DNA of 57,313 nucleotides from an uncultured archaeon (lineage in GTDB: Archaea > Thermoplasmatota > Penumbrarchaeia > JASLWR01), in NCBI GenBank assembly GCA_964342815.1, contig CAYFHS010000025.1:1-57313 (forward strand), read 5' to 3'. Below the pieces are notes generated by a model. That model saw only the letters and a program-made list of their open reading frames with translations. It ran no database searches and was not told the origin of the DNA. Of this stretch, positions 9,054 through 19,203 are shown piece by piece. The translations under genes were made by a program, and so were the position numbers. Position 1 is the first letter of the stretch; each line of letters begins with the position of its first letter.

Positions 9054-10025
9054 ATGTTCGTTCTTGGTCTCGAAGGAACTGCGCATACACTAGGTGCAGG
9101 TGTTGTGGACGGTGAGGGAAACGTTCTTTCCAATGTTAGGGATATGTATCGACCGCAAAAAGGAGGAATTCATCCCAGGGAAGCGGCCAACCATCATGCC
9201 GCCGTTCTTCATACAGTAGTTAGCGAAAGCCTAGAGACCGCGGGGATAACTGCGCGTGAACTTGGCTTGATAGCATTTTCCCAGGGCCCCGGTCTCGGGC
9301 CATGCCTGAGGAGTACGGCAACGGCGGCCCGGGCGCTGTCACTCTGGCTTGATGTACCAATGGTTGGAGTAAACCACTGCGTCGCCCATCTCGAGATAGG
9401 AAAGACCGTAGGTGCGGGGGACCCTATCCTTCTTTATGCATCGGGAGCCAACACCCAGGTCATCGCAAAAGCAAAGGGTCGATATCGTGTGTTCGGTGAA
9501 ACACAGGACATCGGCGTTGGGAACATGTTAGATAAGTTCGGTAGAATGCTGGGAATGCCTTTTCCGGCAGGTCCGAAGATCGAAAAAATGGCATTGGAAA
9601 GTGATGAATACATACAGCTTCCGTATTCGGTAAAAGGGATGGATGTGGCATTTTCAGGTGTCCTGACAGCCGCATTGTCCAATAAAGGAAAAGTGCCTAT
9701 CTCATCACTTTGTAATTCGCTTCAGGAGACTGTATTCGCCATGCTAACCGAGGTAACAGAAAGAGCAATGGCGCATACCGAGAAGGGGGAAGTGCTTCTT
9801 GGGGGTGGGGTTGCCATGAACAAGCGGCTTCAGCAGATGGTTCGGACTATGGCCGAAGAGAGAAAAGGAGTTTTTTTCGTCCCTCAGGGTGGACTTCTGG
9901 TTGATAACGGCGCAATGATCGCTTTTACAGGACTTGAAATGTACAAGGGTGGTATAACCACTGCAATTGAGGAATCCCAGGTTAACCAGAACTACAGGAC
10001 CGACGACGTGGAAGTGCTGTGGTAA
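9054..10025 (+). CDS. kae1: tRNA N6-threonylcarbamoyladenosine synthase Kae1 (stand-alone, not fused to Bud32)
   Basis: LGLEGTAHTLG, GGIHPREAANHH, GPGLGPCLR, VNHCVAHLEIG, LYASGANTQ, DNGAMIA; GGTGA RBS before ATG 9054. Confidence 0.95.
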   Translation: MFVLGLEGTAHTLGAGVVDGEGNVLSNVRDMYRPQKGGIHPREAANHHAAVLHTVVSESLETAGITARELGLIAFSQGPGLGPCLRSTATAARALSLWLDVPMVGVNHCVAHLEIGKTVGAGDPILLYASGANTQVIAKAKGRYRVFGETQDIGVGNMLDKFGRMLGMPFPAGPKIEKMALESDEYIQLPYSVKGMDVAFSGVLTAALSNKGKVPISSLCNSLQETVFAMLTEVTERAMAHTEKGEVLLGGGVAMNKRLQQMVRTMAEERKGVFFVPQGGLLVDNGAMIAFTGLEMYKGGITTAIEESQVNQNYRTDDVEVLW

Positions 10026-10165
10026 TCTTTCGAAACTAAAATATTACACCCTCGCAGCTGTCTTCATCTCCGACGGCAACGGGACAAGAGTTTTATAGTG
10101 GGATTCTGATTTCTTCCAGAATAATAAATCCTTTTTCAAAACCGCAGCAGGTAGGAGGGCAATTT

Positions 10166-12613
10166 ATGTATCATATTTCAAAATACTTATACATAATAGG
10201 GCTGGTGCTGATATTTGGAATTAATCTCCCCAATTTACAAATAACGGAGGAAGCAATCATTACATCCACTACTTTTTTCTCTCACATCGGAAATTATCAA
10301 TTTGATTTGAACGATAACTGCATCCAAACCTCCTGGGAGGATGCAAACGAGATAAATGCTGATAGTATATTCAATTCAGACCCGAAAGCTGAACCGGAGA
10401 AGGGATTAATACTAATCGGGCTCGGAATGGTAATTATCTTCATCATACTTGGTGTTCTCCATTACTATAAAAAGAAAAGAGAAAAAGAAGATAATCAAAG
10501 GACTAGTGAAATGGCGAAACTAAGAACCAAAAATATCGAGAATTCCGAGAAATCGATCCCCAAAACAGGAAGGAAACATGAAAAAGAAAGTTCGAGACAT
10601 TATCCTGCTTCATATGCAGAAAGAACAAAAGCAGGACTGCCGTCAAAAGAATTGGAAAAAGCCCGGAAGAAAATGATGAGGGGGGATTCTTTCTCAAGGA
10701 AAAAGGCTTTAAAGTTATTTCACGAAGCAGTGGAAAAAGAACCAGCGAACTTCGTATATAACGTAGAAGCTATCATACCCTGCCTCGAGGATAAGGACAA
10801 CTCGGTAAAGAAAGAAACCCTCCGGCTTATCGAGAAAGCGGGAGTGATGTACTCGGATGAGTTCATTGATTCCATTGATGACATTGTGAACCTCTTGGTA
10901 CATGACGACAAGGGGATAAGAAAAGCGGTTCGGGGTGCGCTCACAGTTCTGGGTATGGAATCCGATGAAGCAGAGAAGGGAATACTCCGTTCGATTGATA
11001 ATAAGTACAAGATATTAATGGAGAAGGGCTCACTCCGTGAAGGTTTTCTTCCGTATTGCCTTTCATTGAACAAATTTCTGGTGAAACTCGGAAAGAACCG
11101 AAATGAGAGCATACCTGAGATCATGAACATTCTACTTAGATGTATCACCTATCCTATATACAGGCCAGAGCAGAGCGAGGATAAGGAAGAAGAACTGTAC
11201 CGGGATAGCGGAAATTCCATTTGCATTCTCTCTGAATATGCCCCCGGATCGATCCCGCTGGTCCTTCCGAAGATACTCAAGGTCCTCTCCGATACTTATA
11301 CCTTCGAGAATTGGAATAAAGATGCGGAAGCCAAAGAAAGCTTGCGAAATGTTTACCAGGATAACTTCATACGCTTAACATCCGGTGACCCGAAGTATTT
11401 CATTATTTCGCTTCTGAAGAGCGCTTCATCCACTAACAGCACCATGGTACGACTGGTTCATGAGAGGGTATTGGGAATGGCTGATGAAGACTTTGTTTCT
11501 GTGGTTCACTCCGTCATCGGTGCCTTCGACAGTGGTGATGAGAACATAAGAAATAATGCAGAGGATATGGTTGAAAGGATTGCGCCCATAGATCTGACAT
11601 CCAGTTCTGAAATTCTAATGAAATACATCAGTGGGGAAAACGAAAGGACCGCACGTTACTCGGTGAGAGTATTGAAAAACCTGCTTGAAAGTACAGAGCT
11701 CGCACCATTAAATGACCTTAATCCTATACTGAAAATTATGGACAGTCACTCCAACGAGCTTCGCCGCGAGGCGGTGGCCCTCTTAGGAAGAATCATCGAA
11801 AGGGACAAATCACAGGCCAACCAATGCATGAAATTCATCGTGAAGGCCCTGAAACAAGAATGGGGAGTTCGCTTGGAAGCCTTATCATCACTGTCACTTA
11901 TCTCTAAGGGTGACCCGATACTCAGAAAATTCTCTATTCCCTTCATTATCGAAGGACTACAGGACAAGCATGAACAGGTGAGGTGGCGGGCTTCGAATAT
12001 ATTAAAAGAACTCGATATTTATGAAAAGGACATTAAGCATTATGAATCAGCGCGGAGACAGATGGACCTGGCCGAACCCAAGCTTGCGGAACTCCACAAG
12101 GGTACCGCCCTGGATCTAAATGAAATAGTCGATGAGCTCTCAAAGGCTAAGGAGATGATAAGGTCGACCAATTACAGACAGGCAGACCTCCATGCCACAC
12201 GCACCAACGAGATGTTGATCGACCTTCAAGCGAGGAATAAACCTGAGGTTGATATGGTCATGAAGGAGAAAACGAAGTTTATAGTCGGAATACACACCCC
12301 ATTCAAACTTATACTGCTGAATACTGGTATGGTTCACATTTTCGATATTTCCATAGAGTTCTCAGAGAATGTGGAAATCATCGAGGAGGCTCCAGTATAC
12401 GTTAAAGCGGGGGGAGAGCAGGATATGTCCCTTGCATGGACTCCCCTGAGGGGTGGTAGAATTCCTCTAAAGGTAACATGTTCATTTAAGGAGAAGAACG
12501 GTGCCGTAAGGGGTTTCAATAAAGACATCTGGGTCGATGTTCGGGCAGAAGATTTTATCGAGGAGGATGCATCTGTAACTGTGGGGGTTTTGTGGGATAT
12601 GCTTTTGATATGA
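10166..12613 (+). CDS. Membrane-anchored HEAT-repeat protein with C-terminal Ig/CARDB-like domain
   Basis: N-terminal hydrophobic segment, TM followed by KKKR, HEAT-like repeats (e.g. GLQDKHEQVRWRASNIL), helical linker, beta-rich C-terminus. Confidence 0.75.
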   Translation: MYHISKYLYIIGLVLIFGINLPNLQITEEAIITSTTFFSHIGNYQFDLNDNCIQTSWEDANEINADSIFNSDPKAEPEKGLILIGLGMVIIFIILGVLHYYKKKREKEDNQRTSEMAKLRTKNIENSEKSIPKTGRKHEKESSRHYPASYAERTKAGLPSKELEKARKKMMRGDSFSRKKALKLFHEAVEKEPANFVYNVEAIIPCLEDKDNSVKKETLRLIEKAGVMYSDEFIDSIDDIVNLLVHDDKGIRKAVRGALTVLGMESDEAEKGILRSIDNKYKILMEKGSLREGFLPYCLSLNKFLVKLGKNRNESIPEIMNILLRCITYPIYRPEQSEDKEEELYRDSGNSICILSEYAPGSIPLVLPKILKVLSDTYTFENWNKDAEAKESLRNVYQDNFIRLTSGDPKYFIISLLKSASSTNSTMVRLVHERVLGMADEDFVSVVHSVIGAFDSGDENIRNNAEDMVERIAPIDLTSSSEILMKYISGENERTARYSVRVLKNLLESTELAPLNDLNPILKIMDSHSNELRREAVALLGRIIERDKSQANQCMKFIVKALKQEWGVRLEALSSLSLISKGDPILRKFSIPFIIEGLQDKHEQVRWRASNILKELDIYEKDIKHYESARRQMDLAEPKLAELHKGTALDLNEIVDELSKAKEMIRSTNYRQADLHATRTNEMLIDLQARNKPEVDMVMKEKTKFIVGIHTPFKLILLNTGMVHIFDISIEFSENVEIIEEAPVYVKAGGEQDMSLAWTPLRGGRIPLKVTCSFKEKNGAVRGFNKDIWVDVRAEDFIEEDASVTVGVLWDMLLI

Positions 12614-12809
12614 TCTGATTCTCTAAATATGAGTGTTGAAGACAAAGTGTTTTATTATTCTTGCAGTCAAAAGAAAATTACTGGAACATATAATGGCGTT
12701 CTTCCAAATCCGTGAGCGATCCACCATTTCCTCCATTAACCATTTCAACAGGGCCTTCTTCGCCAAGTCGTCCTTTCCTCAAATCCATTATTTTCCCGAT
12801 CAAGGGCAT

Positions 12810-13673
12810 TTATCTTGTCTCCTTTTCGCCCATAAATTGTTTAATATTATGGACGATCTGCTCGAAGGCGCTGGCGGATTTCGAATCCCTGTATTTCTGG
12901 ACAAATGGGATGCCGTCGTCCCCGGTCTCAACGATATTATAATCCAAGGGTACGTTTCCAAGATATGGGACGCTCATTTCTTCGGCTGCGATCTTCCCTC
13001 CACCCACCTTGAAAAGGTCGATATCCTTATGGCAGTGAGGGCAGCTGAAGCCGCTCATGTTTTCGAGTATTCCGATCACAGGCATCTCAAGTGCTCTCGC
13101 AAAATTCACCGCCTTTCGGGAATCCAATAGAGCAACATCCTGGGGAGTGGTCACTATCACGGCTCCGCTGTCCTCCTTTATCAGCTGGGCAATGCTTAGC
13201 GGTTCATCGCCGGTTCCGGGGGGAAGATCGATAATGAGGTAATCCAGATCTCCCCATTCCACTTCTCCAAGGAACTGGCGGATCGCCTGTATCTTTACCG
13301 GACCTCTCCAGATGACTGGTGTGTCCCGGTCCGCAAGAAGAAATCCCATGGATACCGCCTTTAAATTCTCGGAAACCAAAACTGGCTCGATTGCATTATC
13401 GGTCCCCCCCATTTTCTCGTCTTCGATCCCAAGCATCTTAGGGACATTGGGGCCGTTGATATCCACGTCCAGAAGCCCGACCTTTGCGCCAGAAAATGAT
13501 AGTGAAAACGATAGATTCACGGCAACCGTGGTCTTTCCCACTCCTCCTTTTCCACTCATGATGACGATTTTGTGTTTGATATTTGCCAGTTTGTCAACGA
13601 TCTTCAGATTCTGCTCCATCATCTGTATGTGTCTCCGTTCCTGTTCTTCTACCATAAAAACAACTCTGTTCAT
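12810..13673 (-). CDS. mrp: Mrp/NBP35 (ApbC) Fe-S cluster carrier ATPase
   Basis: [36 protein letters not shown]; true start may be ATG 13655. Confidence 0.95.
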   Translation of the reverse strand: MNRVVFMVEEQERRHIQMMEQNLKIVDKLANIKHKIVIMSGKGGVGKTTVAVNLSFSLSFSGAKVGLLDVDINGPNVPKMLGIEDEKMGGTDNAIEPVLVSENLKAVSMGFLLADRDTPVIWRGPVKIQAIRQFLGEVEWGDLDYLIIDLPPGTGDEPLSIAQLIKEDSGAVIVTTPQDVALLDSRKAVNFARALEMPVIGILENMSGFSCPHCHKDIDLFKVGGGKIAAEEMSVPYLGNVPLDYNIVETGDDGIPFVQKYRDSKSASAFEQIVHNIKQFMGEKETR

Positions 13674-13676
13674 TTA

Positions 13677-15338
13677 CTATGTTAAAATCATTTTCGCAGC
13701 ATCATAAAGATAATACCCACCGCTGAGGTTCCTGCATTTAAAACCACGCTGGGCGAGTATTCGGTAAGCGACATAACCGCGCTGGCCTATAGCGCAGTAA
13801 ATAATGTAGGTCTTGTCCTTGTCCAGCTCCGATAATTTGGAGCGGAGTTTATTCACGGGTATATGAATAGCGCCTTCAATTGGAGCTTCCATCTCCATTT
13901 CATATCTGTCCCGTACATCCAACAGGACAAACTTATCCATATCCAGCGAGCCGATCTCATTCCAGTTAATTGTCTCCATATCCTTTCTCAGAATATTACT
14001 CGCGACATATCCTGCCATGTTTACCGGGTCTTTTGCCGAGGAATACGGTGGAGCGTATGTCAGCTCCAACTCCTCGAGATCAAAGACAGTCATGCCTGCT
14101 CGAATTGCAGTCGCCATGACGTCAATACGCTTATCCACGCCCTTTATCCCAACGATTTGACAACCCAGAATTTTTCCATCGTCGGGGCTGAATATCAATT
14201 TAATATTCATCATCGCTGCCCCAGGATAGTAGAAGGCATGTGAAAAGGACTGTGTGAAAGATACAAGATAGGGTATCCCATTGCGTTTCAAACTCATTTC
14301 ATTATTCCCTGTAAGTCCAACGGTCATATTAAAAATCCTTATCATTGCCGATCCTTGAGTGCCTTTGTAAACTGAACTTCTGCCGAATATGTTATCTGCG
14401 ACTATTCTACCTTGTTTGTTAGCAGGCCCCGCAAGTGGAATCATAGCAGGTTTACCCGAGATGAAATCAGTCACCTCCACCACGTCACCAGCAGCAAATA
14501 TGTCCGGATCCGAGGTCTGCATGTGCTCGTTGGTCTTGATACCGCCCCTTTCACCCAGTTCCAGTCCGGCGTTCTTTGCCAGTTCGTTGTTGGGCTGAAC
14601 GCCAATGGAAAGTATGACCATATCACATTGAATTTCATCCCCGTTACCGGTGACTACCATAGTACGTCCTTCCATTTTATGGAATGAACTAACCGCATCG
14701 GATAGATGAAGATGACATCCCTTTTTTGAGACATAATTTTGAACTATTGAAGCCATTTCCTCGTCTAGGGGCGGTAATAGATGGTCGAGCATCTCCACCA
14801 GAGTTACTTCAATGCCGTTTGCTACAAGGTTCTCGGCCATCTCAAGTCCTATAAATCCACCGCCGATCACCACTGCAGACCTGGGCTTGTTTCGATTGAT
14901 ATATGCTTTCATTCGATCCGAATCGGGAATGGTCCAGAGAGAAAATACGGTATCGAGCTCAATTCCGGTAAGAGGGGGTTTAATGGGTCTTCCTCCGGGG
15001 CAGAGGACCAGTTTATCGTAAATTTCCCTGTAGCTCACATTATTAATATGATCTTTCACTGTTACCGTCTTGTTAAACCTGTCTATACTCGAAACCTCCG
15101 AAAAGGTTCTCACGTCGACATTGAACCGATTAATCAGCTGTTCAGGGGTGGTTACCAACAATTGGCCCCGTTCTTTTATTTGTTTGCCGATGTAGTACGG
15201 CAGTCCGCAGTTGGCGAAGGATATGAATTCACCTCGTTCAAACAAAATGATCTCTGCATGTTCATTCAACCTTCGGGCTCGTGTAGCAGTGCTTGCGCCG
15301 CTAGCAACGCCACCCACTATCACCAGTTTGATGGACAA
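13677..15338 (-). CDS. cdr: CoA-disulfide/persulfide reductase with C-terminal rhodanese domain
   Basis: VGGVASGASTA, SFANCGLPY, IGGGFIGLEMAE, YAPPYSSAKDP, rhodanese LLDVR...YCAIGQRGY. Confidence 0.92.
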   Translation of the reverse strand: MSIKLVIVGGVASGASTATRARRLNEHAEIILFERGEFISFANCGLPYYIGKQIKERGQLLVTTPEQLINRFNVDVRTFSEVSSIDRFNKTVTVKDHINNVSYREIYDKLVLCPGGRPIKPPLTGIELDTVFSLWTIPDSDRMKAYINRNKPRSAVVIGGGFIGLEMAENLVANGIEVTLVEMLDHLLPPLDEEMASIVQNYVSKKGCHLHLSDAVSSFHKMEGRTMVVTGNGDEIQCDMVILSIGVQPNNELAKNAGLELGERGGIKTNEHMQTSDPDIFAAGDVVEVTDFISGKPAMIPLAGPANKQGRIVADNIFGRSSVYKGTQGSAMIRIFNMTVGLTGNNEMSLKRNGIPYLVSFTQSFSHAFYYPGAAMMNIKLIFSPDDGKILGCQIVGIKGVDKRIDVMATAIRAGMTVFDLEELELTYAPPYSSAKDPVNMAGYVASNILRKDMETINWNEIGSLDMDKFVLLDVRDRYEMEMEAPIEGAIHIPVNKLRSKLSELDKDKTYIIYCAIGQRGYVAYRILAQRGFKCRNLSGGYYLYDAAKMILT

Positions 15339-15578
15339 TACCTCACCCCTATTAGAATTAATCTTTATGCAACGATAAAAGCCTATCCGTTATCCACTAT
15401 TTGAGCATTTTGCCGATCTTGATTGGTTATTTTAGTAAGTGGTAAATATGAATGAATAGATCATCCAAAATTACGGTCGTTTTGTACTGTAATTATTTTG
15501 GCCAATAAGGGGAGGCTTAGCCAAGTATCTATTTCCAAGAAATATTATGAATGGACACCAAATGGGAAAAACACCAAT

Positions 15579-15870
15579 GCCCTATTCCTGTAGAATAATT
15601 CAGCGGAATAGGCCCTACGGGCTCCCATTTCATTCCGGTTCCCACCTCATTCCGTTGACCCTTCGGCTCAACTGAACCCTCGAAAATCGTACGATTTTCT
15701 ACGGGAGACAACCTTCGGGTACTCCTGAGCCCTCGGAAACATCCTGTTTCCCGACATAGAATCAGAGATTCTATTAGGGTGCAGAAGAACTTCGTTCTTC
15801 AGGCACCTGCGGGTCCGCGATTCCGCGAACGTTGTTAAGCTGCAAACTTCGATAAATATTCGAACTTTGC
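15579..15870. repeat. Cluster of palindromes with two related ~42-bp units (MITE/REP-like or structured RNA)
   Basis: GAAAATCGTACGATTTTC (15682-15699), GGAAACA-tcc-TGTTTCC (15735-15751), TAGAATC-aga-GATTCTA (15757-15773), GAAGAAC-ttc-GTTCTTC (15784-15800), CCTATTCC/GGAATAGG; no credible ORF. Confidence 0.7.
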
Positions 15871-15885
15871 ACCGTTGACAACATA

Positions 15886-17322
15886 CTACATATTTTGAAT
15901 ATATCGATGTGTTGCCCGGATTACCTCCACATTTTTCCGGATCAGTTTTTTCTTTTTGAAATTGGCTTCAAAGAGTTTGATCAACTCATCAATGCTCAAT
16001 AGCTTGGTATATGATATGTAGGCGGTCAATGCCGCCATGTTGGACCCCCGTCGCAGGCCCTGGTCCTCCGCAATTCTGGTCATGGGGATGTATAGCGATT
16101 CTACATCATCCCGCTTTACTTTCCGTTCCACAATGGAGGAATTGACAATTATCAGGCCGCCGGGAGTAACGATGTCTTCAAAGGAATCCAACGAGGGCAA
16201 ATTCATTGCGATCAATACATTGGGCTTGTCCACGACGGGACTTCCGATGGAGGAGTTTGAAAGCACTACATGACAGTTTGCTGTCCCTCCGCGCATGGCA
16301 GGTCCGTATGATGGTAACCAGCACGTTGAAAGGTCTTTGTTCATCCCCAGCATGCACAAGGTTGTCCCTGCCATGAGGACGCCCTGGCCGCCGAATCCGG
16401 CGATCCGGAGCCTCTGCTCGGGGAAATTCTCCAAGAATTCCGGGTCAGCGTCAAATAATTTCTCATCTCCGGTAAGACCCAGTACTTTAATAATTTCATC
16501 GGGGGCTGCCAATGGTTCAGGTTTTGGTTTGGCGGGACGATCGTTTGTAAGGTTCTTAAAATTCTTGACTGGAAAATACTCTTCCATTACATCTTTCACC
16601 CATTTGACCGCATCAGGAGATGACATTTTCCATCCGACCGGGCAGGGAGACAACACTTCCACGAAGGAATACCCCTGACCGTCTTTTTGTGATTGGAGAG
16701 CTTTTCGGATAGCCTTCCGGGCGTTCCTGATTCCTTTGGAATCCGTCACCGCTACCCGTTCCACAAAGACCGGCGCTTCCAGGGTTCCGATCATCTCACA
16801 CATCCTTATTGGATAGCCCTGGTCATCCGGATCTCTTCCCCGGGGTGACGTGGTTGTTTTCTGCCCTTCCAAGGTGGTTGGAGCCATCTGCCCGCCAGTC
16901 ATCCCGTAAATAGCATTATTTATGAAGATCACGGTCATGTTTTCACCCCTATTCGCAGCGTGGATAGTTTCTCCCGTGCCGATGGCGGCCAAGTCCCCGT
17001 CACCCTGGTAACTAATAACCATACTGTCGGGATTTGATCTTGAAAGGCCGGTCCCCACTGCCGCTGCGCGGCCGTGAGCAGATTGAATGTTACCTGCATT
17101 GATATAATAGTACGCAAAAACAGAACAACCCACAGGGGAGACAAAAATGGTGTTATCACCAATTTCCAGGTCTTCCAGAGCCTCTGCTATTATCTTATGG
17201 ATTTTACCATGCCCGCATCCGGGGCAGTAATGTGTTGTATACTGGCTGCCAGTGGGTTTTCTTTCGAATTTTTCATAGAAACCGGTTGGTTTTTTTAGAA
17301 CTTCCTTTATCATGAGATTCAC
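15886..17322 (-). CDS. 2-oxoacid:ferredoxin oxidoreductase, fused beta (TPP-binding) and gamma subunits (Vor-like)
   Basis: YCPGCGHG, SPVGCS, QGDGDLAAIG, NNAIYGMTGGQMAPTT, then gamma motifs IAGFGGQGVL and WLPSYGPAMRGGTANC. Confidence 0.92.
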   Translation of the reverse strand: MNLMIKEVLKKPTGFYEKFERKPTGSQYTTHYCPGCGHGKIHKIIAEALEDLEIGDNTIFVSPVGCSVFAYYYINAGNIQSAHGRAAAVGTGLSRSNPDSMVISYQGDGDLAAIGTGETIHAANRGENMTVIFINNAIYGMTGGQMAPTTLEGQKTTTSPRGRDPDDQGYPIRMCEMIGTLEAPVFVERVAVTDSKGIRNARKAIRKALQSQKDGQGYSFVEVLSPCPVGWKMSSPDAVKWVKDVMEEYFPVKNFKNLTNDRPAKPKPEPLAAPDEIIKVLGLTGDEKLFDADPEFLENFPEQRLRIAGFGGQGVLMAGTTLCMLGMNKDLSTCWLPSYGPAMRGGTANCHVVLSNSSIGSPVVDKPNVLIAMNLPSLDSFEDIVTPGGLIIVNSSIVERKVKRDDVESLYIPMTRIAEDQGLRRGSNMAALTAYISYTKLLSIDELIKLFEANFKKKKLIRKNVEVIRATHRYIQNM

Positions 17323-18374
17323 CCCTCCCTTATATTACAGAATTCCTCAACTTTCTGCACCAGCTCGTCCGGAGTTGGTATGACCCCTCCCATTCTCCCG
17401 TAAAAATCCACTTTTGCGTGATCCTTAACAAGCAACCGAACATCGTCGACCATCTGTCCGTTCGACAACTCGAATACGACAAATTGTTTCGTTTTGGTTC
17501 TCAATTCCCGAAGCCTATCATTTGGAAACGGCCACAGGGTGATTGGTCGAAAGAGGCCCGCGTTGATCCCCTTCTCTCTCAGAATATCGACGCAACTCTG
17601 GGCTATTCTTGAGGTAATTCCATATGCCACCAAAACAATGTCGGCATCGTCCAACATGTATTCTGAATATCTTTGTTCTTTTTCTTCTATTTCACGATAC
17701 TTTTCCTGAAGTTTAATATTCAACTTTTCCTCTAGCTCAGGGCTCATCAGAATGGATGTGATCAGGTTGCCTTTAGTTTCTTTGTTACCTTTCAGTGCCC
17801 ATGGTTTTTCCGGTAATTTGCTGACGGTGGTGGGAAAATCCACAGATTCCATTACCTGGCCCACATAAGCGTCAGCGAATAGGTAAACCGGCGTTCGATA
17901 CCTATCTGCCACTTCAAAGGCCTCTATGGTGAAATCCACCATTTCCTGTGGAGAATTGGGGGCAAAGACAGGGGTTCTATAATTTCCGTGTCCTCCTCCT
18001 TTTACTACCTGGAAATAGTCGGCCTGGCTGGGCCAGATATTGCCCAATCCCGGACCTGCTCTTTGAATATCTGCAATCACACACGGAAGTTCGGAAGCTG
18101 CCAGATAGGATACTCCCTCTTGTTTTAGGCTTATCCCAGGGCCGCTTGAAGAAGTTAATACTCTTTTGCCTGCGGCAGACGCTCCATAGACCATGTTTAT
18201 GGCCGCCACTTCGCTGGAGGCCTGGATAAAGGTTGCACCAACTAGTGGAAAAAGGTCTGCAACGGTGTGAATTATTTCTGATGATGGGGTTATAGGATAA
18301 CCAAAATAGTGGGTGCAGCCCGCAAGGAGTGCCGCCTTTGCAATACACGCATTCCCTTTCTCAAATTGCTTCAT
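17319..18374 (-). CDS. vorB: 2-oxoacid:ferredoxin oxidoreductase alpha subunit (VorB-like)
   Basis: KGNACIAKAA, FGYPITPSSE, SSSGPGISLKQE, RAGPGLGNI. Confidence 0.88.
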   Translation of the reverse strand: MKQFEKGNACIAKAALLAGCTHYFGYPITPSSEIIHTVADLFPLVGATFIQASSEVAAINMVYGASAAGKRVLTSSSGPGISLKQEGVSYLAASELPCVIADIQRAGPGLGNIWPSQADYFQVVKGGGHGNYRTPVFAPNSPQEMVDFTIEAFEVADRYRTPVYLFADAYVGQVMESVDFPTTVSKLPEKPWALKGNKETKGNLITSILMSPELEEKLNIKLQEKYREIEEKEQRYSEYMLDDADIVLVAYGITSRIAQSCVDILREKGINAGLFRPITLWPFPNDRLRELRTKTKQFVVFELSNGQMVDDVRLLVKDHAKVDFYGRMGGVIPTPDELVQKVEEFCNIREG

Positions 18375-18607
18375 ATGTTCTCCCCCTTGCTTCTAATTTT
18401 TTTATAAACGGTTACAGCTCCTGGCTCTGGGCAGGCATAGAAACATAGGCCACAACCTGTGCATCCTTCTCCAATATATTCTGCAAAGGTATAACCCAGG
18501 ATATTGATCTTGTCCGACATGACCAAACATTTTTTAGGACATTCTACAGTACACAGAGTACAACCTTTACACAGGTTGGTAGTTATTTCAACATAAGGTC
18601 GGTTCAT
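18371..18607 (-). CDS. 2x[4Fe-4S] ferredoxin, delta subunit of the oxidoreductase
   Basis: CKGCTLCTVECP and CTGCGLCFYACPEP; overlaps the alpha start. Confidence 0.92.
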   Translation of the reverse strand: MNRPYVEITTNLCKGCTLCTVECPKKCLVMSDKINILGYTFAEYIGEGCTGCGLCFYACPEPGAVTVYKKIRSKGENI

Positions 18608-19203
18608 GTTCCGTCACCAGACATAATTTTTTTTGTTATTCATAAGATATTATAAATATTTTTTTGTTCATTACAATCACAAACCAATATCGCCCGTTTT
18701 TGGATTCGGTTCGATCCTGTTGTTCTTAATATCTATACGTATCATCTGCCCCTCGGACCTGATAAGAAAGATAAAGCGAGCCACAGAGAACGAAGGCATC
18801 AAATATAACTGGATACCCACCATCTTAATGGATTTAAGGCCAGGCCCTCCAAGACTGTTTAAGGGATGATGCTTGCCGTCAGCGCCCTGGTATTTCCCCT
18901 TTCGTGAAGTAGATCACGACAAGTACATGATAAATTGATAATCGAATGACAAGAAACCGTTAATGGTTTATCTCCAGAAGCATGGTTCCCATATGCCTGT
19001 TTTTCATTTTCAGCACTCCTTTTCGATATATTTTATACATGTAATTTGTTTTATATATTTGTTTTCTTGTAATTGATACAAGTTGATAATTAATATAGGT
19101 AAGTTGATAGAAAATAACTAATTCTTTATTTTGCAAAAAAGGGTTGTCCGGGAATGGGAAATGTCTCTGAACAAGGGAAAATACTCCATGATCTCCGGTA
19201 GAT

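Noticed and set aside
12633-15404. Long plus-strand ORFs (12633..13130, 14781..15404), and similarly 37057..37791
   Set aside because: Antisense shadows of mrp, cdr and pyk with no recognisable motifs.
18633-18869. 78-aa plus-strand ORF upstream of the ferredoxin
   Set aside because: No RBS or motif; competing short ORFs on both strands, so no call can be supported.
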